From positions 64,001 through 128,000 of the IMG/VR virus record IMGVR_UViG_3300030419_007641: a stretch of DNA of 64,000 bases. One strand, 5' to 3'. Position numbers and translations under genes: made by a program. Below are positions 9,818 through 20,175 of this stretch, piece by piece (positions within the stretch are counted from its first letter, which is position 1; each line of letters starts with the position of its first letter). Below the pieces are notes generated by a model that saw only the letters and a list, made by a program, of their open reading frames with translations, was not told the origin of the DNA and searched no databases. The DNA comes from a virus.

Positions 9818-9846
9818 GTTGAATTTTTTTATTAGCCCGTTATTAT
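9818..9846 (+). promoter_or_regulatory. Sigma70-like early promoter for dut-gp44
   Basis: GTTGAA-N17-TATTAT, 5 nt before the ATG. Confidence 0.6.
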
Positions 9847-9851
9847 ATAGT

Positions 9852-10274
9852 ATGTTATTAAAGTTTAAGAAAACTAATGAGAGGGCGGTTCTCCCCTGTA
9901 AGAACCATGCGGACGATACAGGGCTAGATGTGACATCAGTTGTGGATAAAGTTATTCCAGCTCGTGGGTCTGCTGTTGTAGACGTCGGATTAGAATTTGC
10001 TCACATTGATTCACAATTTTGGGTTAAAATAGAAGGTAGATCTGGTATGGGATTTAAACACGGAATTTTACCACATCCTGGGATAATTGATAGTGGATAT
10101 AGAGGCGATGCTGGCGTTAAGCTATATAATCTTACTGATAAAGACTATGAAGTAAAAGCTGGTGATAGAATTGCGCAATTTGTAGTATATACTAATCATG
10201 TAGTGGAAGTACAGGAAGGCGACATTCAAGAGACAGAGAGAGGTGCTAAAGGTTTCGGTTCTTCTGGTAAATAA
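9852..10274 (+). CDS. dut: Trimeric dUTPase
   Basis: Motifs D-x-G-LD, EGRSG, PGIIDSGYRG, GDRIAQ, RGAKGFGSSG. Start placed at 9852 (MLLKFKK) because GTTGAA-N17-TATTAT lies at 9818-9846. Confidence 0.95.
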   Translation: MLLKFKKTNERAVLPCKNHADDTGLDVTSVVDKVIPARGSAVVDVGLEFAHIDSQFWVKIEGRSGMGFKHGILPHPGIIDSGYRGDAGVKLYNLTDKDYEVKAGDRIAQFVVYTNHVVEVQEGDIQETERGAKGFGSSGK

Positions 10275-10276
10275 TT

Positions 10277-11203
10277 ATGGTAGATTTTGATAAAATTTGG
10301 GTAGAAAAATATCGCCCGCAGACGCTAGACGATATTATTCTGGATGAAGAAACATTACGAGTAGTTAAGGAGTTTAAAAATGAAATTCCTAATCTTTTAT
10401 TTGTTGGTAATCCCGGTACCGGTAAAACAACGTTAGCGAGAGTTATTGTTAACGACATTCTCGGATGCAATTATCTTTATATTAATGCTTCTGATGAGTC
10501 TGGTATCGATACTATTCGACACAATATTACTAACTTTGCTCAAACTAAATCTTTTGATGGTGGAGTTAAGGTTGTAATTCTAGATGAAGGTGACGGTCTA
10601 ACACCGCAAGCTCAAGCCGCTCTCCGTAATACAATGGAGTCGTATGCTAAGTATTGTAGGTTTATTATTACAGCAAACTACAAGCATAAGATTATCCCGG
10701 CTGTGCAATCTAGATGTCAGTCGCTAACTATCAAACCTGTTTTAGACTTAGCAGTTAAAAGATGTTATAGTATATTACAACAGGAGAGTGTAACAGTTCC
10801 GGAAGAGCAAAAGAAGAAGTTTGTACAGTTGGTTAAAAAGAGCTTCCCGGATCTTAGAAAAACAATCAACGAGCTTCAAAAGAACGTTATTGATTCAGAG
10901 CTTTGCATTACTAGTATTAATACTGATAACGAATTATTGGAAACAATTTACAAAAAAATAGCTAGTAAGAAATGCTTAGATGCTAGAAGATATCTAATTG
11001 AGAATGAAGATAGGTTTCAAGGTGATTACGATACGTTGCTTTGTAACTATCTAGATTTTATCTACAATGCGAATGTACAAGATATCAAAAAGAAAGAGAT
11101 GATTGCTATTATTGCAGATCATCTCTATAAGAGTGCGTTTGTTGTTGATAAAGAAATCAACGCATTTGCATGCTTAGTAAATTTAGAAAATGCTTTAGAC
11201 TAA
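10277..11203 (+). CDS. gp44: Sliding clamp loader, AAA+ subunit (RFC/gp44)
   Basis: WVEKYRP, Walker A GNPGTGKTT, INASDE, Walker B VILDEGD, SRC motif (QSRC), FPDLRKTINELQ. Confidence 0.93.
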   Translation: MVDFDKIWVEKYRPQTLDDIILDEETLRVVKEFKNEIPNLLFVGNPGTGKTTLARVIVNDILGCNYLYINASDESGIDTIRHNITNFAQTKSFDGGVKVVILDEGDGLTPQAQAALRNTMESYAKYCRFIITANYKHKIIPAVQSRCQSLTIKPVLDLAVKRCYSILQQESVTVPEEQKKKFVQLVKKSFPDLRKTINELQKNVIDSELCITSINTDNELLETIYKKIASKKCLDARRYLIENEDRFQGDYDTLLCNYLDFIYNANVQDIKKKEMIAIIADHLYKSAFVVDKEINAFACLVNLENALD

Positions 11204-11205
11204 CC

Positions 11206-11736
11206 TTAGGCTACCTCTGCGCCTAACCCTTCATCATCTTTATAACGAGTTTCATACTGGGCACTGAAACCATCCCTCGTACCCTCAATTTCTACGTCTT
11301 CTACATTCTTAAGACTGTCAGTAATAGTATCAATTAAATCTTGTATAAATTCTTCTTCGGGAACCTCTAGAGCCATCCCTAACTTCTTAAGGTCGTTAGC
11401 AATAGTTTTAGCTGAATTATTGATATAGGATTTATATTTGGCTTCTTGACCTGATCTACGACCTGCCGCGGCTTCCTCTTTTCCGCCTTTAGTCCACTCA
11501 GCCCCCTTTTTAGCCAACCCTCCTTTAGAAGCGTCTACCCCTAAAGCCTGGCCTCCGAGCTCAGCAGTTTTACTTAAAACATCACCAGCCAATTCTTTGG
11601 CTGCTCCTTTTATTCGTTTACCGGCGCCCTTAAAGGCACCTACTGCTTGATCTTTTCTAGCCTTTAACCTGTCTAAAAACCCTTCTTCAATGCTTTGATA
11701 CGCCTCTGCTAATAGCTGTTGGTCTCTTTTGTTCAT
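11206..11736 (-). CDS. Hypothetical protein, possible head-internal protein
   Basis: N-terminal DQQLLAEAY..IEEG with L/I-x-E sites, followed by a Gly/Ala/Lys-rich amphipathic region. Confidence 0.5.
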   Translation of the reverse strand: MNKRDQQLLAEAYQSIEEGFLDRLKARKDQAVGAFKGAGKRIKGAAKELAGDVLSKTAELGGQALGVDASKGGLAKKGAEWTKGGKEEAAAGRRSGQEAKYKSYINNSAKTIANDLKKLGMALEVPEEEFIQDLIDTITDSLKNVEDVEIEGTRDGFSAQYETRYKDDEGLGAEVA

Positions 11737-11753
11737 TTATCTTTTACCTAGTT

Positions 11754-12353
11754 TTATTGCCCTATAGGTGGCGGTATCACAGCCGCAGAACTACTTGTGT
11801 CGTAATAATGATCCTCTGTGGGGCAAGGACAGGGAATCTCCACATTTTGGGTTGGAAGAGATCTTTCCGTTGGAGTTAAATCATGAGGTTCTGTACCTCC
11901 GCGGTCCGATCTATTAGCAAGGTTCTCTTCATCTTCTGGCAGCTCTTCAGGTTTAATATTAACCTTGTCCGCTCTTCTCATCGCATCAGGAATTGGAAGA
12001 AGATTAGGATAATACTGAACAGCCTGGCCTAGTTCACCAGGAATCGAACAATAATGAGAATATCTTCCACCACCTGTATCTAATGCTATATCAAGTATTA
12101 CATCAATTGAAGCTGTTGCGGGGTTAGCTGGATAGCGCGCGGGGTCTGTATCTTTAATTCCAACAATTCGAATATGGAGACCTGAATCAATCATTTGGTT
12201 AATTAGATCTTGAGTATTAGTGCCAAGTTCTTTGAAACCATCTGAGCCTTTAAAATTGTCGTTAAACTTAAAAACGTCACCTACGAGGAATCCACCCCGC
12301 TCGTATCTCCGCATATAAGACTCATGTAACTTAACAAACTTTTTACCTGCCAT
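11754..12353 (-). CDS. Hypothetical late protein
   Basis: Start moved to MAGKKF (12353) because an exact TATAAATA lies at 12359-12366. Confidence 0.6.
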   Translation of the reverse strand: MAGKKFVKLHESYMRRYERGGFLVGDVFKFNDNFKGSDGFKELGTNTQDLINQMIDSGLHIRIVGIKDTDPARYPANPATASIDVILDIALDTGGGRYSHYCSIPGELGQAVQYYPNLLPIPDAMRRADKVNIKPEELPEDEENLANRSDRGGTEPHDLTPTERSLPTQNVEIPCPCPTEDHYYDTSSSAAVIPPPIGQ

Positions 12354-12358
12354 AATAT

Positions 12359-12366
12359 TATTTATA
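12359..12366 (-). promoter_or_regulatory. T4 late promoter TATAAATA
   Basis: Exact T4 consensus 5 nt upstream of the ATG at 12353. Confidence 0.8.
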
Positions 12367-12399
12367 CAACCCTGCAGATAATCACACAGATATGCAAGT

Positions 12400-12666
12400 T
12401 TAATCTCTAAGAAATTCTGCGATTGTATGGAAAGCATCAAATAGCTCTATATCATCTTCTATAGCAGGTCCTAAATCTTCCTCAATTTCAAAAGAGTGTG
12501 TGGTATATACCGACCTTTGACTTACCCACCGTTCATCCTTAATATATACCCGCTCATACGAAGGGTCTGGAAGATTTAATCTTGAATACAGCTCTTTTTT
12601 AAGAGCACTTACTAGTTCTTTAGGTTCTATTTCCACTTCAATAGCAGTTTTACCTTTGACATGCAT
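12400..12666 (-). CDS. Hypothetical protein
   Basis: 88-aa ORF with GGAACTACAATATAAT ending 6 nt upstream of the ATG. Confidence 0.6.
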   Translation of the reverse strand: MHVKGKTAIEVEIEPKELVSALKKELYSRLNLPDPSYERVYIKDERWVSQRSVYTTHSFEIEEDLGPAIEDDIELFDAFHTIAEFLRD

Positions 12667-12672
12667 ACTTTA

Positions 12673-12688
12673 ATTATATTGTAGTTCC
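12673..12688 (-). promoter_or_regulatory. GGAACTAYAWTATWAT motif, copy 1
   Basis: GGAACTACAATATAAT, 6 nt before the ATG at 12666. Confidence 0.5.
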
Positions 12689-12726
12689 TTAAACTCGATT
12701 TACCACTGGTGTATTAAATATTATAA

Positions 12727-13218
12727 ATGGGTGCTATTAAATTATCTAAACTTTCTGTAGATACAGCGGATAACGCTGCTTTAAAGGGTGGGTACCTATA
12801 TAAGGATTTGTTTTTAGGGCAGGATATGAACCGTGTTACATACAATAGTCAGTTTGATGCTGCAAACGAAATTAAAGATGTACAGGGAATGTACGATTTA
12901 ATGTCTATAGAAAATAGTATTAAAAATATATTTGGTACGATTCCTGGGCAAAAAATACTCAGCCCCACTTTTGGAATAGATCTGAGGGAGTTTATTTTTG
13001 AGCCAGTTACACGATTTAATGGGCGTATAATTCAGGGAGAGATTGCATCTGCAATTGCTCAGCAAGAGCCTAGAGTTCAAAGAGTCCGTTCAGCGGTTAC
13101 CGCCCATGAAGATATTCAAGAGTATTCCATAACAACCACATATGATGTTCGCTCATTAGATACATATGGCATTTCTTTAAAGTCAGTACTAAATAGTAGC
13201 GGACATTTTTTTCCTTAA
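12727..13218 (+). CDS. gp25: Baseplate wedge protein gp25-like
   Basis: SIENSIKNIFGTIPGQKILSPTFGIDLREFIFEP...IAQQEPRV is the GPW_gp25 pattern. Confidence 0.9.
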   Translation: MGAIKLSKLSVDTADNAALKGGYLYKDLFLGQDMNRVTYNSQFDAANEIKDVQGMYDLMSIENSIKNIFGTIPGQKILSPTFGIDLREFIFEPVTRFNGRIIQGEIASAIAQQEPRVQRVRSAVTAHEDIQEYSITTTYDVRSLDTYGISLKSVLNSSGHFFP

Positions 13219-13220
13219 GC

Positions 13221-15065
13221 ATGCCTACACCTACTAACACATCAAACGATTTTTTAGACTATAATCTTCCGCAAAACGCTTATGCTGCATTTGATGCTAT
13301 AAGCTTAAAAAGTTATATTGTCGATAGATTAAACAAAAATGAAAAATTTACAGATCAAAATTTTGACGCAAGTAACTTAGCAGCTATTATCGATATTATA
13401 GCTTATTCGTACCATGTGCTCCTCTTCTACTTAAACAATACAGCTACAGAGGTGAATTTTGATCAGGCTAGTTTATATGAAAATATGAACAGAATTGTAA
13501 AGCTCATAGGTTATAAACCCGCAGGTAAGCAGACCTCTCTTGTTCCTATTGAATGTACTGGCTCGGTAAATTTACCAATTAACAATTATACTATACGTAA
13601 GTATTCTTACTTTTTAGTAGATAATATACAGTATACGTTTTTAAATGATGTTTCTTTTAGTAAGACAGTAGCAGGGTCTGAAAATATTACTTCTATTAAC
13701 GATAGTGTAGTCCTATACCAAGGATCGGTAGCAGAATATCCAAGTTACACCGCGCAAGGAGAAATTTTTGAAGTGTTACCCATTGTAGTAGACAATATTG
13801 TAAATTCAGATGATGCTAAATTTATAGCTGATAATACAATAAGTGTTAATGTATTGGAAACGGACTCAGGGTTATATCATGAGTATAGAGAAGTTGATAA
13901 TTTATTTCTTTCAACATCTAACGAAAGAGTATTTGAAAAAAGATTAAATGAAAATGGTCATTATGAAATTAAATTCGGTGACGGCATTTTTGGAAAGCGG
14001 CTCGGTGAGGGAGATACAGTAGCAGTGAGTTACATATTGTCAGATAATAAAAGAGGTGTTATAAATAAAAACGCTTTAGCTGGTAAAAAACTATTTGTGT
14101 ACGAGTCTTCGAGACAGAGGGCAATATTTAACGATACATACCTAAATAAAGATCAAACTACTTTTATTACTGCTAACAATAGCTCAGAATTAACTTTTAA
14201 TAACCCGTTAGATTCTTCTTCTCTTACTGACGAGGAGACAGTACAACAAATAAGGGAAAATGCTCCTAAAGTATTTTCATCACAACTTAGGTTAGTAACA
14301 GAAAGTGATTATGAGGCACTTATACATAAGAACTTATCTCATGTGGTAGGTAGTGCAAAGGTTGTAGGTAATGACACGTATATGAATGAGTATATACAAT
14401 ATTTTTATAATATTGGCGTAAATCCTAACAAAGTAAATCGTGTACTAATTAATCAAGTAAATTTTGCTAGCTCGTGTGACTTTAACAATATTAACATTTT
14501 TGTAGCACCAAAATTCGTAATTAATGAAGATCGATCTTATCCGCCATATGTAAGTAACTCATTTAAAAATCTTATACTAGAATTGACAGAAGATAAAAAA
14601 ATGATATCTAATGAAGTGGTCCCAAGAGATCCTGTTTACATGGCTTACGGGCTCGGTGTAAACAGTAATACTGATCGAGGCCTAAAATTATCTATACTAG
14701 ATAACACACAGCTATGTATTGTACGTAAAAATACAAACAAGATAAACAAAAATACAATAAAGGCTCAGGTAGTTGATATTATAAGAACATTTTTTGACCC
14801 TAATAACAACGAATTAGGTCAAAATATAAGTTTAACTAACTTAACAAATACTATTTTATCGATTGAGGGTGTTGAAAGGATATACACACACAATACAACC
14901 GACAATACATCTTATGATGGTATTTCCTTTTTATCATTTAATCCCCTATACCCGGACAGCGATATGCAAATAGTAACCCAGGACGATACACTTCCATTTT
15001 TTAAATTTCCATATTTGTATGCTCCGTTGTCTATCTCAAACCGAATAGCTATAAAAGATGAATAA
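13221..15065 (+). CDS. gp6: Baseplate wedge protein gp6-like
   Basis: FDAISLKSYI, FTDQNFDASNL..IIDIIAYSYH, RIVKLIGYKP, YEIKFGDGIFGKRL, RLVTESDYEA. Follows gp25. Confidence 0.9.
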   Translation: MPTPTNTSNDFLDYNLPQNAYAAFDAISLKSYIVDRLNKNEKFTDQNFDASNLAAIIDIIAYSYHVLLFYLNNTATEVNFDQASLYENMNRIVKLIGYKPAGKQTSLVPIECTGSVNLPINNYTIRKYSYFLVDNIQYTFLNDVSFSKTVAGSENITSINDSVVLYQGSVAEYPSYTAQGEIFEVLPIVVDNIVNSDDAKFIADNTISVNVLETDSGLYHEYREVDNLFLSTSNERVFEKRLNENGHYEIKFGDGIFGKRLGEGDTVAVSYILSDNKRGVINKNALAGKKLFVYESSRQRAIFNDTYLNKDQTTFITANNSSELTFNNPLDSSSLTDEETVQQIRENAPKVFSSQLRLVTESDYEALIHKNLSHVVGSAKVVGNDTYMNEYIQYFYNIGVNPNKVNRVLINQVNFASSCDFNNINIFVAPKFVINEDRSYPPYVSNSFKNLILELTEDKKMISNEVVPRDPVYMAYGLGVNSNTDRGLKLSILDNTQLCIVRKNTNKINKNTIKAQVVDIIRTFFDPNNNELGQNISLTNLTNTILSIEGVERIYTHNTTDNTSYDGISFLSFNPLYPDSDMQIVTQDDTLPFFKFPYLYAPLSISNRIAIKDE

Positions 15066-17295
15066 TATAGTCACAGACTATGTCACTTTTGACGTTCTAG
15101 ATTATAAAAATGAATCCCCTATAACTAATCGCGGGGATATTCTTTCTACTTATAATCTTCCTATCACCCCGCTCTTATTTAAAGCAAAAATTCCTCGATC
15201 ATCAGACGTAGAGGCTGTTGGGTTAGATTTAAGTAAAGTTCAATTTGATTTCGGAGACGGTACAATTGCCAACGGAGCGTCTGCTTCACACATATACCAA
15301 TATCCTGGGCAATATACCGTAAAAATGGTATTAAGAGATATTCATAACAATGCAGTACTGGGCTCTTTGAGCGGTGGGATTAAAGTATTAGATTATATTG
15401 AAGATTCGTTTGATATAAAATTTGATGACCCTACTACCGGTGCTGACGGGGGTGGATATGACGGGGTAGGTCATCTTAGTAATTTAAATTTATCTGCTGG
15501 TGAGTTTTCCGACCCGTTAAGTGCTACCTCACAGGTACCTTTTTATCTAAACATTGAAGATATATATTTTAGCCTATCAGGTGACAAATATGATAATTAT
15601 TTTAATTTAGAAAAAAATAAATTTAATCACTTTAAAACTTACTCTTCATTTTATACAAAAAATACCTTATCTAATCTTTCTGCAGTTGAATATAATGAAA
15701 TTAAAACAATAAGTTTGACCGGTGAATTTATATACGTAAAACTTTCTAGCTATGGGACAGATCTAAGCGCCGTTAAAATAGTAACGTCTAATCGAAATGA
15801 TGATTCTTCAATCATAGCAGGTACCTCTGGACAAAATATTGTATATTTTAAAACAGAAGAGCAGAGTAACCCTATATATCTTTCCTTTTTTAAAAATCCT
15901 GATGTTATTCATTCTACAAGTGTTAAAAAGACTAACAATACAGATTACCCCACTAATTTTAACATAACCCTTTCTACTTTTGTTGGCTCAACGTCAGCTC
16001 AAACGCTTAGCAATATACAAATTACTAGTAATGGGTTAGGTGGTGATAAAGATGAATTTAATTCTTTTCCTATTAATTCTGTACAATTTAAGGGGGTAGG
16101 TATACCTCTTGTTTTAAATCCTAAAAACACAAACAATTATACAGTAAAGGCTTTGTCAGCTAGCTATCCGTTCTTTAAAGTTCTTTCTGGTAGTGATACC
16201 TTTACGCACCCGCTCTGTGTTGTCGCGGATCACAATTACACTATTACTAGCATTAATCAACCTGTATCAACATTCAATACTGATTTTGCTGGTCGCTTCC
16301 TACTAACCTTTAATGATAATGTATCATCAACTGCTACTGTTATAAGATTGAGCGCAAGTAATGACTATGCATTTGCTTCTACAATAACTAATTTAACCGG
16401 TTCAACGCCACCCTTAACTTGCTTCCCTAAAGACTTCTATGCAATGAGTAAGCACAACGAGGATTTTGGCTTCGAAGAAATGTATGACGATTTGCGTTTT
16501 CAAGAAGCACTATCAGATAAAGACGAGTTTTTTACAGATTTGTTAGGTACTATAGTCGGCAATGTCAGTAGTAGTCACAACACTCTAGGAAAGAAAATTT
16601 GGGAAAAATGTTTTAATTTTGTACCGAATAATAATGATATAGATGACTGTAGCATTGATAGTTTAATTAATTTAGCTAATATGGTAGATGCTGATGCTTT
16701 GGTATTTGATGGATCTAATAATTTAACTCCTCCAGAAATTGAAAGAGTTATTAGCATTTTAAGTGCAAACTACAATAGGCTTAGAGGTACAGAAAATACA
16801 TTTAGTGAAAATTTTGCTAATATGGGGCAAATCACAAAAGACACATATGGAAAAAATTTAAGTAGCGACAAGTTAGACACATACACTTATGTTGTTACTG
16901 CGGGGACAGATATAGTAGCATACGAAAAATTTAGCGGTCTATATACAAAATTAAATACATATCAACCTTTATGCAGTGTTGAGTTACGCGATGGCTCGAC
17001 TAACCAATATGCTTTTAGTGGTATAGGATCTGAAAGCCCGCAAGGATCTGCATGGGGGTGGCCACTTACCTTGCCTGTAATTTACGATATAGGGACTGTA
17101 AACGACAATTATAATTTTTACCCATATAGCAGCGTGTATGAGGGTACAATAGTAGGTGGGATAATTGACTTTACTAACCCCTTGACAACTCTGAGCTTTA
17201 ATGAGCCATTGAGTACTATGAGAGGGAATGAAAAAATTGACGATATAATGATTAGGAATACGCTATATAGTAGTCTATCATTATTTCCAGCTTAA
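15058..17295 (+). CDS. Baseplate/virion structural protein with a PKD-like Ig domain
   Basis: QFDFGDGT...SHIYQYPGQYTVKMV is a PKD signature. Overlaps the gp6 stop codon. Confidence 0.6.
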   Translation: MNNIVTDYVTFDVLDYKNESPITNRGDILSTYNLPITPLLFKAKIPRSSDVEAVGLDLSKVQFDFGDGTIANGASASHIYQYPGQYTVKMVLRDIHNNAVLGSLSGGIKVLDYIEDSFDIKFDDPTTGADGGGYDGVGHLSNLNLSAGEFSDPLSATSQVPFYLNIEDIYFSLSGDKYDNYFNLEKNKFNHFKTYSSFYTKNTLSNLSAVEYNEIKTISLTGEFIYVKLSSYGTDLSAVKIVTSNRNDDSSIIAGTSGQNIVYFKTEEQSNPIYLSFFKNPDVIHSTSVKKTNNTDYPTNFNITLSTFVGSTSAQTLSNIQITSNGLGGDKDEFNSFPINSVQFKGVGIPLVLNPKNTNNYTVKALSASYPFFKVLSGSDTFTHPLCVVADHNYTITSINQPVSTFNTDFAGRFLLTFNDNVSSTATVIRLSASNDYAFASTITNLTGSTPPLTCFPKDFYAMSKHNEDFGFEEMYDDLRFQEALSDKDEFFTDLLGTIVGNVSSSHNTLGKKIWEKCFNFVPNNNDIDDCSIDSLINLANMVDADALVFDGSNNLTPPEIERVISILSANYNRLRGTENTFSENFANMGQITKDTYGKNLSSDKLDTYTYVVTAGTDIVAYEKFSGLYTKLNTYQPLCSVELRDGSTNQYAFSGIGSESPQGSAWGWPLTLPVIYDIGTVNDNYNFYPYSSVYEGTIVGGIIDFTNPLTTLSFNEPLSTMRGNEKIDDIMIRNTLYSSLSLFPA

Positions 17296-17304
17296 ATATA
17301 CTTA

Positions 17305-20175
17305 ATGGGTAACATTATTAAAGGATATCCTCAAGTAAGTCGCTCTATAACAAATCCTAATGTTAATAGAGACGATGCACTAGATAAATTTAAACCTTTC
17401 TCATTTTTAAATTTTATTAAAAATGTTGAAGAGTCTTTTGCACCAGACACGTTACAGGATTTTTACACAACTTACGTAAATAGATGGAGTAAAATATCTA
17501 CCAACAAAACTGCTTCTAACAATGAATTAATTATCGAGAGATATAAGGATTTTTTGAAGGATATTGCGTTAAATTTTTCTACCAATGCCGAAAAGAAATT
17601 TTTAACGCAAATTGATTTTAATGATAAAGATGATCAAAGAATTATAATATCATATTATAGTAAAAAAATAAGAGATATAATAACATATTATAACAAGAAA
17701 AGAAATTCGTTACATTTTTCTACTGTAAAGAGCAAAGTAAAAGGAACTAATATTAATCTACAGCAAACTGCACGTGAATTAATATTAGACTTTTTAGAAA
17801 ATACAAATACAGGAAATATTGACTATAATATAGAGGCAATAAAAAATAATCTATCGGTTTCTTTAACTGAATATTTTGATAATTACTCTCAATACTTTAA
17901 CCAAGCTCCTAGTAAAAATTATTACGGCAGGAATCAAAAAGGGTATGATAACGCTAGCGATATATTTGTAACTCCTGATATTAATTTAATACAGCGAACA
18001 TATGGCGCTGTAAGTAATGAGCTCACTGCGTTAAAGGAAGGTAATCAACTATTTGAAACTAAGCGCAAGCAAACTGAGAAGTACTCAGGAGCAGATTATT
18101 ACTATCTGAGAACCGATTCTGCGGGTACTCCTACTGTTGGTATATTATTTGAAGCCGAAGCGCCATATAGAAATTTATTAGATCAGAATTTTCCTACTAC
18201 AGCCTCTGTTTTCTCCGACGATATAATAAGTGAAAGAGACTTAGGATTTTTTAGACCTACCAATACTAGTATAGTATCTATACAAGGACAAAGGCTAGAA
18301 TATTTCGAAAAAGAATCATATAAACCAAACCAATTTTACATATTTCCGGATCCGAATTTATTTACTAATAATCATGATATTTTCGCTTTTGTTGTAGATA
18401 CCTCTTTATCTCAAAATAACGAAAGTAAAGGAATAGCAGCTAATCAACCTAATACAGATAAAAACAGCACTTCTGTCATTGGATATAATTCTGAAATTTT
18501 ACAAGAAAGAAATATTAATACAGACTTATCATTTTTATATGATCAAGGATATATAAGTGATAGCAAGAAGGACTTATTTGGAAACATATTTGGAATAATA
18601 AAGGATAACAATTACTATAAAGAGGAATTTATTAATGAAACACCGAAAACCATAAAAAGTCTTATATTTAATGGGTATCAATTTTTTGATGATCTATACG
18701 GTGATGGTTATAATTTCAATTATAGTGTAACAGATTCGACAACATTTCCAGAGACTTTAAGATCGGGAATATCTTCCTTTACGAATGGAATGACTGGTAA
18801 GGGTGAAGGTACGATAAATTCTGACACGCCTGCTAATTGGGCTACATTTCCAGCATCTGCATATAATATTTTCTTTAGATATTTTAATCCTTATCAGGAA
18901 TTATTAGCGCCGTCAAATTTTAAGAAGGTAGATTACGATATTAAGAGAACTATTACAGCTGATGTTAAAGAAGGAGCTTATTTTAAATATACAAATTCTA
19001 GCGACTTAGCAAGTACGGTAAGATCAGGATTATGCTCATTTACCACCTCATTTGAAGATGGAGCCGGGACTTATTACTTTACAGAGCTTATTGAAGGTGG
19101 GGTAGCGCAGTATAATGGTCTTCCTTCAGGGGATGGAAATAAATCAACCATAGTGCGCGCTCTATGTGATGCTGACTACCCGACAATATCTGGTAATATG
19201 ACCCTAAATGTAAGAGCATCCGGTGGGCCTGACTCTAATAATGGAGTTCAAAATATGGACGGGGGTCTATTTACAGATGATATAATTTATAACTATGGTT
19301 CTGATGTAGAAGATTTTACCTATATTGATACTGTATACCTACCCACGGAAACCTTATCTGTATCCCCAGAAAAGGAAAGCTACTTTAGCAAAAATGACCA
19401 TCTCGGAAAAATATATCTTAAAAATATTTCTATTGCACCGTCGTTATCACCAGTTAAGGAGCTAACACAAGCTTTACCATATCTTTCTACCAAATACAAC
19501 ACTACAATTTGTAATGAGCTTTGTACTAAAGTTACAAACTTTGATATTTACAATGGTGATACTCTCTTTATAGAAACAAGCTCTAACTTGGTTATAGAAA
19601 AAACTGTATACGATGATGGGGTATTTGTGAATCCAAACACAGCTGCTATTTCTTTATCACATAGCTCTGATAACTTTAATAAATTGAGTAATAGGGTTAC
19701 TGTAAATAACGAAGTATTTTATTGCAGGCTAGTGTATTCACAAATAGAAAATCTCTGTTCTTTTAGAGTATATCCCGAAATTAGAAAATATAACGACAAA
19801 GATAAAATAAATGAAAGAATATTTCCAACCACTATAAATCCGGTAGTATCATCTACTGCGTACTTTAATAACACCTCATCTAATGTAACATACCTGGAAA
19901 GCAGTAAGCCATTCTTAACTTATAGCAGTGCTAATCAGCTATTTAACTTAGGTTTCTTATTAAAGGATCAAAATAAAACTCCTGTTATATATAACTACCT
20001 ATTTGAGTATACTGATCAAGTAAACTTTTTAAGTACGGATTACTATGAAACCACTGACAATAATTTTACTAATCTTTATGTTAACAATACCGGTGACCTA
20101 GACCTGGAATCATTATCATTTTCTTTATGTGGTAATAACCCTCTTAGCGCCGGTGCAGTCTCCTTAGTACTATGA
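17305..20175 (+). CDS. Large virion structural protein (baseplate region)
   Basis: 956-aa Asn/Thr/Ser-rich ORF with TAAATA at 17293-17298; context only. Confidence 0.55.
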   Translation: MGNIIKGYPQVSRSITNPNVNRDDALDKFKPFSFLNFIKNVEESFAPDTLQDFYTTYVNRWSKISTNKTASNNELIIERYKDFLKDIALNFSTNAEKKFLTQIDFNDKDDQRIIISYYSKKIRDIITYYNKKRNSLHFSTVKSKVKGTNINLQQTARELILDFLENTNTGNIDYNIEAIKNNLSVSLTEYFDNYSQYFNQAPSKNYYGRNQKGYDNASDIFVTPDINLIQRTYGAVSNELTALKEGNQLFETKRKQTEKYSGADYYYLRTDSAGTPTVGILFEAEAPYRNLLDQNFPTTASVFSDDIISERDLGFFRPTNTSIVSIQGQRLEYFEKESYKPNQFYIFPDPNLFTNNHDIFAFVVDTSLSQNNESKGIAANQPNTDKNSTSVIGYNSEILQERNINTDLSFLYDQGYISDSKKDLFGNIFGIIKDNNYYKEEFINETPKTIKSLIFNGYQFFDDLYGDGYNFNYSVTDSTTFPETLRSGISSFTNGMTGKGEGTINSDTPANWATFPASAYNIFFRYFNPYQELLAPSNFKKVDYDIKRTITADVKEGAYFKYTNSSDLASTVRSGLCSFTTSFEDGAGTYYFTELIEGGVAQYNGLPSGDGNKSTIVRALCDADYPTISGNMTLNVRASGGPDSNNGVQNMDGGLFTDDIIYNYGSDVEDFTYIDTVYLPTETLSVSPEKESYFSKNDHLGKIYLKNISIAPSLSPVKELTQALPYLSTKYNTTICNELCTKVTNFDIYNGDTLFIETSSNLVIEKTVYDDGVFVNPNTAAISLSHSSDNFNKLSNRVTVNNEVFYCRLVYSQIENLCSFRVYPEIRKYNDKDKINERIFPTTINPVVSSTAYFNNTSSNVTYLESSKPFLTYSSANQLFNLGFLLKDQNKTPVIYNYLFEYTDQVNFLSTDYYETTDNNFTNLYVNNTGDLDLESLSFSLCGNNPLSAGAVSLVL

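Noticed and set aside
9819-9851. Longer dUTPase N-terminus given by the ORF track (and similar extensions at 12354-12440 and 60109-60132)
   Set aside because: These extensions overlap promoter motifs; the downstream ATGs fit the spacing seen genome-wide.
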